Positions 41,420 through 55,493 are shown, counted from the first letter of the stretch. The stretch: 64,000 nt of DNA from Octopus vulgaris (GCA_951406725.2 CATOCA020000001.1:744001-808000), one strand, 5' to 3'. The notes: a model not told the origin generated them from the letters alone. A program made the numbers and translations.

Positions 41420-42230
41420 TTAAGTCATTTTTATGCTGATATTTACGGCAAAAGATGTGGTTCCTGTTGCAAAACTATTAATGATGTGTTGCATGTCCGT
41501 GAGAATATAAGCAACTAGGGCACAATCATTTGCAAAGAGTAAGTCTGTAATTGTCTGAGATGCAATTTTAGTCCTTGCTTCAAAGTGCTGTGCGTTAAAG
41601 ATACCACCCACTGTCCCCTATTCAAGAAACATGTTCTACATCTCATTAAAGGCACCACTTAATGTTACTGCAAAAAATTATGCAAATAATAATGTTACCA
41701 AAACGCAGCCTTGTTTTGTACCATTTTTAGCGTCAAAGACTGAGCCTGGCAACAGTTTGAGAGAACAGATTCCTTCATAGTTTTATGTAGGGACGCTATG
41801 AGATTTAGCATTTGCTCGAGAATCCTAAGGTTTGCTAATATTTTCCACAAAGCCTGTTGACATATAGAGTGACAGACTTTTGTAAGGTCAACAAATACTA
41901 CATAGAAGTCTTCATTGCGCTCCCGGGTCAGCTGAATTATCGCAACCTGAATATCATATCATACTGTCCATCGACATCAACTAAACCCACACAGGCTCTC
42001 AGAATGGACAGAATAAAGTACATCAGGGTTAATTCTGTTTAAAGTGTCTCTAGATAGGGATTTTTTCCAGCAAAAAAAAGCAGAGACATTCCACGATGAT
42101 TGTCACATCCACACTTATTACATTTATACTTATATAGATGGACAGTCTTTAAATTGTTGAGGAACAGTTCCTATTTGCCACATATGGACGATAAGCTCCC
42201 TCAGTTTATCTATCAAAATATAAATTGACA
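41420..42230 (-). mobile_element. Decayed RTE-type LINE RT fragment
   Basis: GTKQGCVL and GGIFNAQHFEARTK...DLLFANDCAL. Confidence 0.75.
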
Positions 42231-42985
42231 GACTTTTCTTTCCAGCAGTGTTCCTTTCTTCAGGCCATTCTTTATGAAGACTATACAATTCTTGAAGTTG
42301 TTCATTTATAACCTCATCATTTTCATCAGATTTATTTGATTTTTGCCGCATGAAATTCCAAGAACATCTGTGGGTGACTCATAAATAGTATCCCTAAGTT
42401 GACTTCAGGAATCATACAGTTGAATGTTGAGAAGTTTCAGTCACTCCACAATCGGCCAACAAACAGACTACAATCGAAACGCTCAGGACCAGAGTTGGTG
42501 CGTGACCTGGGAATCCACATGAGGAATGATGCAACATTCCATGTGCATACTACCACGATGGTAGCATTGTGCTAGTGAGCAGCTGGAGGGATTCTGAGAG
42601 CATTTAATCACCCGGATTACTGCTCCGAACTGTGGTCGCCACAGATCATCAAACAATATCGAATACAAATTCACAATGTATGTGCCATGCTTGTTCACTG
42701 TTAGGCTGCCATGTGATGCGCTGGAGTCATCTCTCTCAAAGTGCCGATTGTTAGAACCCTTGAAAGTCATAAACAGGCGAAGATCAGTGAGGTCTCGCCA
42801 TTTTTATGATTTATGAACATCACGTACGTGAACTGAAGTGAATCGCCAGTCTATGACTATATGAAAATAGTGTAGAAACAATTTGCTGGTATGCCACGAC
42901 GATGGTTAAGTAAGAATAAATTCAAATATGGATGTGCTTTGCTTGTTCGCCGATATAGATATGTGTGTGTGTGTTTGTGTGAGTG

Positions 42986-43032
<47 letters not shown>

Positions 43033-43941
43033 GAATGATATTTATGTAGGCACACACACATACACAGCTATAGCCGATATAAACGTGTATATATTCGTGG
43101 ATTCATCCATCTGCCCGCGTTTATGCTAGGGTACCATGTCTATATTCTGTAATAAAAGCAACAATAATATATGCACTCACACACACACATCATAATATAA
43201 CAAGTCCATTTCAATTTCTACATTGAAATTGTAACAGAAACTAGATTTTAAAGAAAAGAATTTTAACGTTACCGTAAAAAGGGACCTTTTCAGTTGTGAA
43301 TCTTTGAATCTTTGTCGTAACCGTCAGATGCTGTAGGTTTGGTCTCTCCTGCCGGATTGGACAAAATGTTTCAGTCACTTTACCTATATACCTATCGTAA
43401 GCAGGATGTTAACACAGTCAGCCAATAATGTTACACCTGGAAGTTACAATTATTTAATAATTGCGTCGTTTATAACTCTGTCGTGACTCTAAAAACGTCT
43501 CTTCTTTCTCAATAACTATTTATTTATTTATATATCTATTTCATTCTGAATGTTGCTTGTAATCTACTTTGAGAAATTGTAATCCATCTCATTGACGATG
43601 ACTAAACAACCGTCCCGTGTTTGTAGACCAAAGTCCATTTGCTTCTAAAACACATGGTTCCGGGTTCAGTTCTACCGTGTGGAACCTCTTATGGCCTCGA
43701 GCAGACCAAAGCCTTGTGAGTGAATTTTGTTGATGGAAACTAAAAGAAGCCCATTGATGTATATATATATATGCATTATGTATGTATGTATGTATAATTC
43801 TGAGAATATTATATACTGAATTTATATTGAGTGCTCTATTGTATCAAAGTATTTATACATTTAATACGAGCGATTATATATATATATTTTTAAATAATAT
43901 ATTATTAAAAATATATATGTATGTATGTACGTATACATATA

Positions 43942-44000
<59 letters not shown>

Positions 44001-44019
44001 TACTCCTTAAGGTACTCCT

Positions 44020-44189
44020 AATGGTTCCGGTGCGCGCACTCGCGTGCTCGCTGGCTTGTTGTGACTAGTCGATCCTACATCGACTACCTAGCAAAAATAA
44101 ATAAAAGACAAAAGCACAAAGTAAGGTTCGACTACACATGACTAGCTAGTGTGGATGAGCGAGTACGCGAGTACGCGCACCGGACCATT
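44020..44189. mobile_element. Small MITE-like element with about 32-bp CpG-rich TIRs, inserted between (TA)n tracts
   Basis: AATGGTTCCGGTGCGCGCACTCGCGTGCTCGCT ... AGCGAGTACGCGAGTACGCGCACCGGACCATT. Confidence 0.7.
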
Positions 44190-44200
44190 GTTATAAAGTA

Positions 44201-44269
<69 letters not shown>

Positions 44270-44292
44270 TATATATGTATGTATATTATATA

Positions 44293-44407
<115 letters not shown>

Positions 44408-44862
44408 ATGTATATATATATATTATATATATATGTATATATATGTAATATATTCCAAAAATAACGAAGAGAAAACACAAAAAAAAAGCAACAGGGTGAG
44501 GCCGTGGTACACGCAAAGTATTAAAGGGCGCTCAGGGAAGGAAAGAAAGGTTGTTTAAACGTTTCGGGCATAGCTCATCTTCGGAAACAGGAGACAGAGG
44601 AATGTCCAAGAGAAAAGGAAGCTGGAAAAAAAAATGCGACCTATCCAAAGGTAGAAACTCTGGGTTCATGTGCAGAAATTTGTGTGTTATAGATGAATAA
44701 ATAAATAAATGGAGTTGAACGAAGATGTTAATAAAATTCCTTTATTTTCCACATATGTTTCGAAGACAACATGGTTTTATTCCAAAGGAATAAACGGTGT
44801 AAGATGCAATCTTCTCATCAGGAAAGAAAGGGAGCCTCTCTCAACAACATTGTCTCAACAAC

Positions 44863-45010
<148 letters not shown>

Positions 45011-45116
45011 TATATATATATATATATATATACATATATATATGTATGTATGTATGTATATATACATATATATATGTATGTATATATATATACATATATA
45101 AATATATACATATATA

Positions 45117-45173
<57 letters not shown>

Positions 45174-45257
45174 GGGGGTTGTATGTGCTTGTGTATGTGT
45201 GCGCGTGTATACCCGTATATATACATGTTTATATATCCTTGAAAGAGACAGTAACTA

Positions 45258-45485
45258 TAGGTAAGGCGGCAAGCTGGCTGAAACGTTCGTACGCCGAGCG
45301 AAATGTTTAGCGTTATTTCGTCTGTCTTTACGTTTTGAGTTCAAATTCCGCCGAGGTCGACTTTGCGTTTTGTCCTTTCAGGTTCGATAAATTAAGTACC
45401 ATTTACGCACTGCGCTCGATGTAATCGACTTAATCCCTTGTGTGTCCCCTCTGTGTTTAGCCCCTTGTGTGCAATAAATAAATAA
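45258..45485 (+). mobile_element. SINE (different family)
   Basis: AAGGCGGCAAGCTGG head, GAGTTCAAATTCC box B, (AATA)n tail. Confidence 0.65.
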
Positions 45486-46299
45486 GTAACGATAGATCGC
45501 TGAACCGCTCTCCGCTAAATGGCAGATATCTGGAAAAGAACTTGTATGTCGAGATCATGAACTCCAAAAGAGTAGCGAAGACATATATTGGAATGACAAC
45601 CAACACGTTCAAGGAATGATAGACACAACATTCTTATTGTTCAACGTTTACACACACACACATATATAGATATAAAGATAGATTGATTGTAGTAAATATA
45701 GATATAAGGATAGATAGATTGAAGTGTTTATACGTATACCTAGGCATATAGCTATAACAATTTACCCCTGTTACTAATGCTCATAAATATAAATGCAATC
45801 ACATGCTAAAATGTAACAATTTTAAGTTAGTCTATAAGGTAAATAATTTAGGTCATTCTAATTTAGGTTTGGACAAGAATAACATTATATGGTGTATTAT
45901 TCCCTTTGCTGGAAAATCTAAAAAGTAACTTTGTTGGGGTTGTTTATAAATTGTTTTTGAAAGATTTTAATAAAAAAGTGGATACTATGAAATTTTAAAC
46001 CCGAAAACCCTTAAGGTTACTTTTTCGGTTTCTCGGAGTTTAACTCAAATTGTTTCTTCTATGAATGAGAAGAAATTATCTGTTTTTATTTATCATCGTG
46101 TTAGCTCAATTAATATTAACGAGTTCGATTCGATGGATGCTAATGTTATTGATTTTTCAATTAGCCAGTGTGGTAGTGATGGTTTTGAGTCAAATCTGAG
46201 TTTTAGTAATAATGAGGAGGGTAACTATTTGCTTAATAGTAATTCAATTGTCGATGGCTTGAGTAGGGGTGGAAATTCTCTTCGTGATTGTGGGAACAA

Positions 46300-46690
46300 A
46301 GAAAAATATTTAATTATAAGTTTTTGTAAACGTAAAGAAGCAGTTTATGAAGCTGAAATCATTTCTGAGGGTAATCTTTACATTTATATTGGTTCTTCTG
46401 CTAATGATATTAAGAAACAAGGTTTCAAACCATTACCTTTCTTTTAGGATCAGAAATAAGGCTTCTTCTATTAGTCTTAGTAATTTCATCTGGAATCTTA
46501 AAGATCATAATAATTTGTTCTTTATTGAATGGAACATTTTAGGGACGGCTCCGGCCTATAAGACTGCCAATCGGTTCTGTTCGTTTTGTTTTGAAGAATT
46601 ATTTTTGATTTGATTTTCTAGAAGAAAGCTGTTAAATTCAAAATCGGAAAGAGGAGTTTTAGTGTTCATAGGAATAAATGCATGTTTTAA
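46300..46690 (+). mobile_element. Penelope-like element GIY-YIG endonuclease remnant
   Basis: VYEAEI...IYIGSS...K.R..NH..SF...LSNFIW.LK...IEWNIL...C..C.EE across a frameshift. Confidence 0.75.
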
Positions 46691-47042
46691 AATTTTCTAT
46701 AAGTAGGTCTTTTAAGGATGCTTCACTTTGTTTAATTTGATAAACCGATTATTAAGAGTTTGATAATCATAGTTTCATCCCTTTCATTTACTATTTAAGT
46801 AGGTTCTTCTCTCATTTGTTTTTTTTTTATTTCTACGTTGCCATTATTTTAGGTTAGGTTTTTCAAAGGTAAATTCCTTCCAGTGTTTTTTTTAAGATTT
46901 AGATATATTTATTCTAGCTTAATAAATCAATATAAGTATTCATTAGAGAAAATGTTCTCAATTTATTTCTTACTCCTATGATTTGAATAATTTATAGCTT
47001 ACATTTTCATAAAGCTTTTTTTAAATTTTATACATACATGTT

Positions 47043-47097
<55 letters not shown>

Positions 47098-48498
47098 ATA
47101 TTCTTAGATTGGTTTAATTTGTAATGTAATACAAGGAGTTTTATTTTAATTATCGTATTATTATTTTTAAAATAAGCTTTTAATTTGTTTTAAATTTAAA
47201 ATTTTAGATTTTTAAGTTAGGTTTATCTGATATTTTGAACTGGAAAGAATTTTCCTGCAATTATTTTCTCACTTGTTTTGGTAGGGAAAATACTCTGTTT
47301 TACCATCTAATTAATGGAAAAATACAATATAGATTATCTGGGCCATAATAGATCTTGTCATCCCATATCAGGGCCTAAAGAAGCCCTTGAAAGTTTACCC
47401 ATAACTCACCACAATTACTTAACAAACACAATGAAGCCTTCGCAATGTGTGAACACAAATTCTTCCACACTTTTAAATTCTTCCATAAATCCAACTTTAA
47501 ACTTACCCCCGCCTCACATAACACTTACATACCTCCAGACCCTTCTATACCTTTTCTGTCTACCTTAGTAGCTTAGATGATAACTGCTAATAGTTAATTA
47601 CCTAATAGATCCCCTAATCCTTAGTTGTAACCCTTATTCCTAAATCATTTAACATTCACCTGGTTTCTCCATACACGCCTCCCTACACAATCATACCGCC
47701 ATAGCCGAGAAATATTTCTACAACCAATGACTTTAGCCATAAAACGAACGGACACTACTTGACCTTTTGCCCCAACCCCTAAAAATTTGAGGGACAGTAC
47801 TGGCATCTACTATCTTCTTTATATCGTCTTCTCTTTGAATCCCTTTCATTTAATTTTACTTTATTTTGCATTTCTTACCTTCCCTCTCTCTCCTTATTTC
47901 TTTATTTATCTTCTTGTTTATTTAATTTTAATCTAATTTGTATTTTTTACTTTATCCCCCTTTACCTTCCTCCTCTCTCCTCATTTACCCTTGTATATTT
48001 CTTTACCTATCTTCTTGTTTATTTTTGTACATTATATTTTTATATTATTTATCTTATTCTTCCTATCAATCCTTGCCAATGCCCTGTCAATTGCATTCCT
48101 GTTCCTCCTCTCTCTACCTCCAGTTTCGCTACCAATGCCTCCCCCTCTTTCTATTTATTTTTCTTTCTCATTATCCCTTTATGGCCACTTCTGCTATCAT
48201 TCTCTTACGAACAATCGATATGGTCAGGTCTCTCTCTGGATACTTATACTATGAGGACTCTAAACATACCTGGATATGGTCGCCTTTCCCTCTGGATATT
48301 TACACTATGAAGACTCTAATACTAGCTGGATTTACATAGGATTGTACTAAAAGACTTAATTTACCAAAAGACTTATGGACAAACATCTACACTATCGGAA
48401 AGTTAAACATTTATATTTCTTTATTCTTCATTTCTTTATTTCTCCAGGTCTTTATTTCATCGTTCCCTTAATCTCTACCCTACACATTTTCCCTATTT

Positions 48499-48554
48499 GT
48501 CTCCGATGATGGGATACCCCATATTTTCAGATATCCCAGAAACAGCTGTTAGAT
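48499..48554 (+). ncRNA. Hammerhead-like motif with U4C core variant (CCGAUGA)
   Basis: GUCU-CCGAUGA-UGGGAUA...UAUCCCA-GAAAC-AGCU-GUU-AGAU; perfect 7-bp stem II and palindromic stem III. Confidence 0.6.
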
Positions 48555-49312
48555 TTCTCTAAATTTTTTTGTTACGGAGCAACATCGATTGTCATGCGGT
48601 AGTGAACTCACATAAATATATATTAATATATGCAACGACAGGCTTCTTTTAGTTTCCGTCCATCAAATCAAGTCTCAATGCTTTGGTCGCCTAAAATGTC
48701 TAGTAGAACATTCTTGCCCAATGTGCCACACTGTAGGACTGAAACCGTAACCATGTGATTGGGAAGCGAACTTCTTATCCGACAGTCACGCAAACGATGA
48801 TGATGATGATGATCATTGTAAACTGATAGATACAAATATTTGCTCAGTAATCTTATCCCCAATCAGATTTCTTTTGTTGTTAATCTTAAGGGAAGTGCAA
48901 CAAAACACGATTTAAAATTGTTTAAATTATTGCAAAATATTTCAGACGCCCATCCTGTCGTTGAGATCATTTACTTGAGAGATTTGATCTCAGAATTTTT
49001 TCATAGCAGAGACTCGATGCATAGGAGGACAAACAGGAAGAATATCGTGGGAAAGAGAGAAAATGAGGTTAAGAAGCGCAGATATAGGTATTAGAGATTG
49101 GACGAGTGGGTGTACAAGGTACATTTGACGAAATGAAGCCGGCCATATAAAGGTTTAGAGAAGGGGCAGAAAGGAAGAGGGGTAGATTGTGAGAGGAGGG
49201 TGACGGCATCGTTGGGTATACTGGGTGCAGTGTTTAGGGGTTAGGGTTCATGAGAGATAATGAAACATACAAATAGACAAACAGACAGATTGATTGTTAT
49301 ATGGAGAGACCG

Positions 49313-49362
<50 letters not shown>

Positions 49363-49619
49363 TAGCGATAGACAGCTTGACTGAGAGCTAAAGAGATGGA
49401 CAGACAGACAGACTGATAAACACTCATATACAAGATTCAATTCATAATGTTTGAAATGTTTAATTTGCTCTGATATTTTCTTGGTTGCTGAAAGAACTTC
49501 GACGAAATAAGATGTGTGAGAAAGATAACGAAGGATAAACGAGTTACCTTTGTGTTCATGTCTGGCAAAGGAGGAACTAATCCAGATCTATTGGTGAGGA
49601 ATTCAATAGGCAGAAGGCG

Positions 49620-50490
49620 CACCGACTTCCAATTGATGGGTCAACTGTTGGACGTTTAATTAAAGGAGCTGGTGGTGTCACTGTCCACTGTCGAATTATC
49701 AGACCGAAATGTGCAGATGATCCGATATCAACAGCAGTGGTTTGAGAAATTCTTAGAAACAGACTCCCAAAAATCGACGAAGAAGCAAAAATAAAAAACG
49801 ATCATGTTCTTTGAACAGGATGGATCGCCATCACATTTTGATTTGTTGGTTCCTGGCTTCCAAAATAAACATTTCCCTTGTAGGGCAGGATTCATGACAA
49901 GTGGACTGTAGACAGGAACTTCGCTGCGGGCTACCTAGGAAGTTGGTCAACAGCAAAAAGGGACTTCCGCTGGGAGGAGAAGAACAAAAGAAATGTCAGC
50001 AGTGAGCGTTAAACGAACCTAAATTAACTGAACAGAAATAACTGGCGACTTAAGCCTTGATGTACGTCAAGTAATAAACCTTTTGGTAAATGTATTCTCG
50101 TCTCTAGGAGTTTGAGTGTGCATAGCTTAACAAAGCTATACCCTAACAAATGGAAAGGTGGGAGAGATCCTGTGAGTGACCACAAGAGTAACCAGACCTC
50201 ACACCCTTGGGTTTTATCTGTGGGGCCATTTGAAATCAGTTGTTTATCCGAAGTTTCGTAGAAATATGGAGAAACTTAAAGAAGGAATTGAAAATGAAGG
50301 CAGTAAAAAAGAAAGGAAATCCTCCGCCGTGTTTATGAATGCTGCACGTACAGAATGGAAATGTGCTATGAAACGAAATGGAAGCAATTTGAACAGCACA
50401 TATAACAATTAAATAATTAACAGATAAAATCTCCATGTGTAGCGATACGTTTAATAAATTATCCCTTACGTCCACGGCATTTTCTTCGGC
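49620..50490 (+). mobile_element. Decayed Tc1/mariner transposase fragment (DD37D/DD41D-like)
   Basis: FEQDGSPSHF and LGFYLWGHLKSVVY motifs. Confidence 0.65.
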
Positions 50491-50847
50491 CTCTATATAC
50501 GTACATACATATATACATTCACATACATCTACTCACTCACTCACACACACTTACACACACTCACACACACACACGCTCACGCAAACACACAAGATATAAG
50601 AAACATTCAGTTTAATTAGGTCTGAAATTGAGGCACCTCGTTAGGTCGTAATAATATACAGACACAAAAATATATTGTAAATATCAAAGTTGGTGTGCAA
50701 GAAGACAGTAAATAAGGAATACTATAGGGTGTGGCTAAAGAAATGTGTGGGTTAAGAATGGATTGAGGGGGATCAGATATATGCTAGAAGAGAAGGAGAT
50801 CCCGCCTGTTGGAGGGGAAGAGTAGCAACTGTAACCAACAATTATTA

Positions 50848-51610
50848 AGGGTCCATGTAGATTTCACTTCCCCTAATATCTGCCCTTAAGTTGTGCCTTT
50901 TGAACAAACGGTGTGCCCTTAGGCACATGATAAGTATATTGGCAAACGACCCTGAAACGTGGGTAGAGGCTGGTTGCTCATTCTTGAACTACAATGGCTG
51001 CCGAGTGGGTGGGGAGGGCAACATGAGGCTGACAGTGTCGTGTATGAGGCTGTGGTGGTACCCCGCCCTAACACCCTGAGTAATAGCAGCAACAGCTCAT
51101 CCAACAACATCAGCGACAGAAATAGCAAGGGCGAGCGCGACATCGGGAGCAAAGCATTAGGCGGCAGAAACCCCAACACCGACATCTACGACTGCAGCAC
51201 CAACACCAGCACTACAGCCCGAGATGGTGACCTCACCAGCACCGGCGGAACAACCGGTCCCATGCTCAGAATTAATTGCCATGACACCACCGACAACAGC
51301 AGCAGTTGCAGCGGTTTCGATTCCCAGACCGGGCGTTGTGTGTGTTTATTGAGCGAAAACACCTAAAGCTCCACGTTGCTCTGGCAGGGGGTAGTGGTGA
51401 CCCCTGTTGTACTCTTTCACCCCAACTTTTTCTGACCCTGTCTTCCTGTTTCTTGTCCCCGACTTCCTACGCAACCGCTGAGACTGGATACGCAGTCATC
51501 CATCCGTCGATGCTCTCGGTGTCGGGGGTTGACCTGCTTTCTCCTCTGTGGGTCTTACGAATAGCAAAAGGACCACGTTTCGGACTTCTCCCACTAATGG
51601 GACGAAGACC
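50848..51610. repeat. Inverted duplicate of 63235-64000
   Basis: Near-identical reverse complement; paired ORFs translate almost identically. Confidence 0.92.
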
Positions 51611-51789
51611 GCTTAGCTCAACAAACAAAGAAACAAACATCAACGGCAATAACTGTTTTACTGGACCCACTCACTGAAATATAAAAACACCGGTGGTGGC
51701 TCCAACGACATCAGCGGCAACACCACCAACTTGACGCACGGGATCAACAGAAGATGCACCAGAGGTAAGAACACAACCAGCACTTGGGT

Positions 51790-52460
51790 TCGGAAATACA
51801 TCGGCTCGACCGGAACTGCCTTTAAGCAACGCCTGAACAATCGTAGGTCCTCTTTTAGAGTTCCCGAAAGACGTAACTTCATCGTCATCATGACGTGGTT
51901 CTTTAAGGATGAAGGAAACCCATACGAAATAAAATGGAGGATCATAGAAAGTCAGTGGTCCAATATAAGCGGGAGCGGACGGTGCAAGATTTGCATGGCA
52001 GAGCGGACAAGAATCTTTAGAGATTCGACTGGCTTGGAATTTTTTATTAAATTCAAGGCACGAGATATGAAGTTCCTGCTGCCATTTTAAGCGCTCCCTG
52101 CACAGGCGTTCGTCAATAAGGGTTGTATAGAATAATTTCAGACCGGAAGCAGCCTACATGAGGAGATGCCCCTTTCATCCTCTAAGTCTACAAGATTTGC
52201 TCACTGCACAGGCCTAAGGGAGATAACCTGTCTCGTCAAGGCTCAGACAGTGTAGATTATATTTTCGTTTACAAATTAAATGACCGTAACGGTTTTCTTA
52301 CCTCCAGGTCAAAGAGAGAGTATATGCCAGTACGCATTGCAGTCTGACGAGCCATCGGTAAAGCCAAGCGCTTTGCGGATGCTAAACCATTGACTCTCCT
52401 ACGACCGGACATATATTTAACTTCTTATATATGCATTACTGCACTAATTTTAATAGTGTG
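51790..52460 (+). mobile_element. Penelope-like GIY-YIG remnant plus 3' terminal repeat with degenerate hammerhead
   Basis: KYIGSTGTAFKQRLNNRRSSF...YEIKWRII...CKICMAE; CTGACGA + long stem at 52344-52382. Confidence 0.75.
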
Positions 52461-52490
52461 CTGCATTTCTCAGTTTATGATTCACTGACG

Positions 52491-52553
<63 letters not shown>

Positions 52554-52554
<1 letters not shown>

Positions 52555-52852
52555 CAACTTATAAATAAGGGCAAACGAAAAAATTTCTAATGCCAAATAT
52601 GCCGAAACTTGGACATATTGTCCATTTACCATATATTTTTTTCCCAGTACGCACGCTACTCGAAAAAAGGCCGACAGAAATCTCTAAAAAATTCCATTAT
52701 TACCATATCGGACCGATTTCAGGGTTAGTTAAAAGAACCCTCCCTTCGTCAGTGATACATGTATCACTGACGAATGGTAAATGGACAATATATCCAATTT
52801 TCGGCATATTTGGCATTAGAAATATTTTCGTTTGCCCTTATTTATAAGTTGT
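52554..52852. mobile_element. Inverted (tail-to-tail) Penelope-like terminal repeat carrying a hammerhead
   Basis: Arms 52554-52632 and 52774-52852 are reverse complements; perfect 30-bp palindrome at 52745-52774; flanked by (TA)n. Confidence 0.7.
52701..52757 (-). ncRNA. Type I hammerhead ribozyme motif, canonical core, Penelope-associated
   Basis: UAUCA-CUGACGA-AGGG...CCCU-GAAA-UCGGUCCG-AUA-UGGUA; stems I, II and III all pair; NUH=AUA. Confidence 0.75.
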
Positions 52853-52931
52853 TTATAATTTAACCTTTAAAGGTATTTTTGAATATGCTGGCTATTGATA
52901 AATTTTTCTTTTCGAAAAAGTTTTATCCTAC

Positions 52932-52980
<49 letters not shown>

Positions 52981-52984
52981 ATAT

Positions 52985-54140
52985 ATAAACTTACAAAAAT
53001 GGGACAATGATGCAAAACAGCCAGATAGTTAGGTGATACAAAAAAGGGACAAGAAAGCATCCAGACAGATGATACAAAGGGAATAAGGACGGGTCATTCG
53101 GAGTTTTCTTTCCTCGGTCGAGTTCCAGATTATCGTTGCAGTTTCGGCTGGTTATACTCGAGATTGCTCCAATCTGGTCACTCCCAAGGAAAAACTAAGT
53201 TAAGACCATTAGATTCCTTGGAAGAAAGCAGCGAATGTATACAGAAACAAGTACGGAAAAACAGAGAACCGTTACACAAATACAAATAACAGGACATAAC
53301 GTCAGGTGTCTGACGACTAAGGACGAATTAAATTAACCTGGCGTGTGTGGAAGTAAGCCTTAAGGCAGGGACATAAGATTTGACAGACACAGGGAGGAAT
53401 ATAGATATTGCACGGATGGTAGTCGAACAAAGAAAGAAAGGATAGGCTTGGGCGAACACCTGTTACATGGGGAGAGAAGAGAGAGAGGGAGAGGTAGAAG
53501 CAGAGGGATAGAATAATTAAGCGAGGGGCGAGAAACAAAATGAAGTGAAGTGGAAGAGGATGGAAGGTGAGAGAGGGGAAACGAAAGAACGAAGAGTGTA
53601 ATTAACGAAACAACTGTGAAAGGGCTGCTTCACTTCACTTCACTCTATCCCTTTCATTTTTTCTCGCCCCTCCTTAATTCTTCTATCCCTCTGCCTCTAC
53701 ATCTCTCTCTCTTCTCTCCCCACGTGACCGGTGTTTGGCCAAGCCTATCCTTTCTTTCTTGGTTCGACTACCATCCGTGCAATATCTATATTCCTCCCTG
53801 TGCCTGTCAAATCTTATGTCCCTGCCATAAGGCTTTACTTCCACACACGCCAGCTTACTTTAATTCGTCCTTTAATCGTAAGACACCTGTTGTTATGTCC
53901 TGTTATTTGCATTTGTGTAACGTTTCTCCGTTTTTTCCGTCCTTGTTTTCGTATAGTGCTCTTAGCTTAGGTTTTTATTGGGAGTAACCAGATTGGAGCA
54001 ATCTCGAGTATAACCAGCCGAAATTGCAAAGGTAATCTGGAACTCGACTGAGGAAAGAAAACTCCGAATGACCCGTCCTTGTTTTCTTCGTATCGTCTGT
54101 CTGGATGTTTTGCGTTCTTGTACCATTTTTGTATTTTTTA
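52985..54140. repeat. Large hairpin, about 550-bp inverted arms, probably an inverted Penelope-like terminal repeat
   Basis: About 53030-53550 is the reverse complement of about 53630-54135; ORFs 53317..53538(-) and 53616..53987(+) translate almost identically. Confidence 0.8.
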
Positions 54141-54172
54141 TATATAAAAATATAGCGGCGGACGTACACTTT

Positions 54173-54209
<37 letters not shown>

Positions 54210-55450
54210 ATATATATATATATATATATATGGTAAATGAAAGACGGAATATGATGTATACGAGGTTCTTTTTTAATCTCCACAATTCTTTCGACACATC
54301 TAGCACCGTTCCCTCAAGGGTGGAATACTTAACAACTGGTCCAGAAGCATCCGACAGTGCAGATGTGTCTCTTCAGGTGATAAATAGACATAACACGTTA
54401 AAATAACAGATCCGTTAAAATAACAGATTTCACGGGCACAGGGCAGAATATACATACACCCATTGTATATAAAGAATTGTTTCTCTATGCATATGTGTAT
54501 GACCATCATGTTGATGTGCATTTCTCTACGGCCTGAAGTCAACTTTGGATCTCTACTGTCCGCCAAATATTTCACCCAGAATACCCAAAGATTCCGTCAC
54601 CCTCCTCTCACAATCTACCCCTCTTCCCTTCTGTCCCTTCTTTAAACTTTTATATGGCCGGCTTCATTTCGTCAAATGTACCTTGTACACCCACTCCTTC
54701 CAATCTCCAATCCCTCTATCTGCGCTTCTTAACCTCATTTTTCTCTCTTTCCCACGATATTCTTCCTGTTTGTCCTCCTATGCATCGAGTCTCTGCCATG
54801 ACAAAATTCTGAGATCAAATCTCTCAAGTAAATGATCTCAACGACAGGATGGGCGTCTGAAATATTTTGCAATAATTTAAACAATTTTAAATCGTGTTTT
54901 GTTGCACTTCCCTTAAGATTAACAACAAAAGAAATCTGATTGGGGATAAGATTTCTGAGCAAATATTTGTATCTATCAGTTTACAATGATCATCATCATC
55001 ATCATAATCATCACGGTCATCATCATCATCGTTGGTGTGACTGTCGGATAAGAAGTTCGCTTCCCAATCACATGGTTACGGTTTCAGTCCTACAGTGTGG
55101 CAAATTGGTCAAGAATGTTCTACTAGACATTTTATGCGACCAAAGCCTTGAGAGTAGATTTGATGGACGGAAACTAAAAGACGCCTGTCGTTGCATATAC
55201 AAATGTATACCTATATATAGGATTTTAGAATAGGTGTCTGACCCCCACGAGATTACATTCGACGTTGCTGTCCTCAAAACTTAAGGGTCGGCCAAAAGTG
55301 ACCGTTAGAATATATAGGAGGCTATAAAAAACTAAATACTGTGGTCGATCAAACCTTCTGAAGATTCCTGATGACAGTGCCCTAGCATGGTCTCCACCTA
55401 TTGAATAAAACAAATAAAAGATAAATGATACTTATATATACACATATATG

Positions 55451-55493
<43 letters not shown>

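Noticed and set aside
50959-51366. Duplicated 135-aa ORF (also 63482-63889)
   Set aside because: Non-ATG start, runs into a SINE, no domain; conservation is explained by recent duplication.
53988-54080. Hammerhead-like fragments in the large hairpin arms
   Set aside because: The core and stems cannot be assembled into a valid fold.
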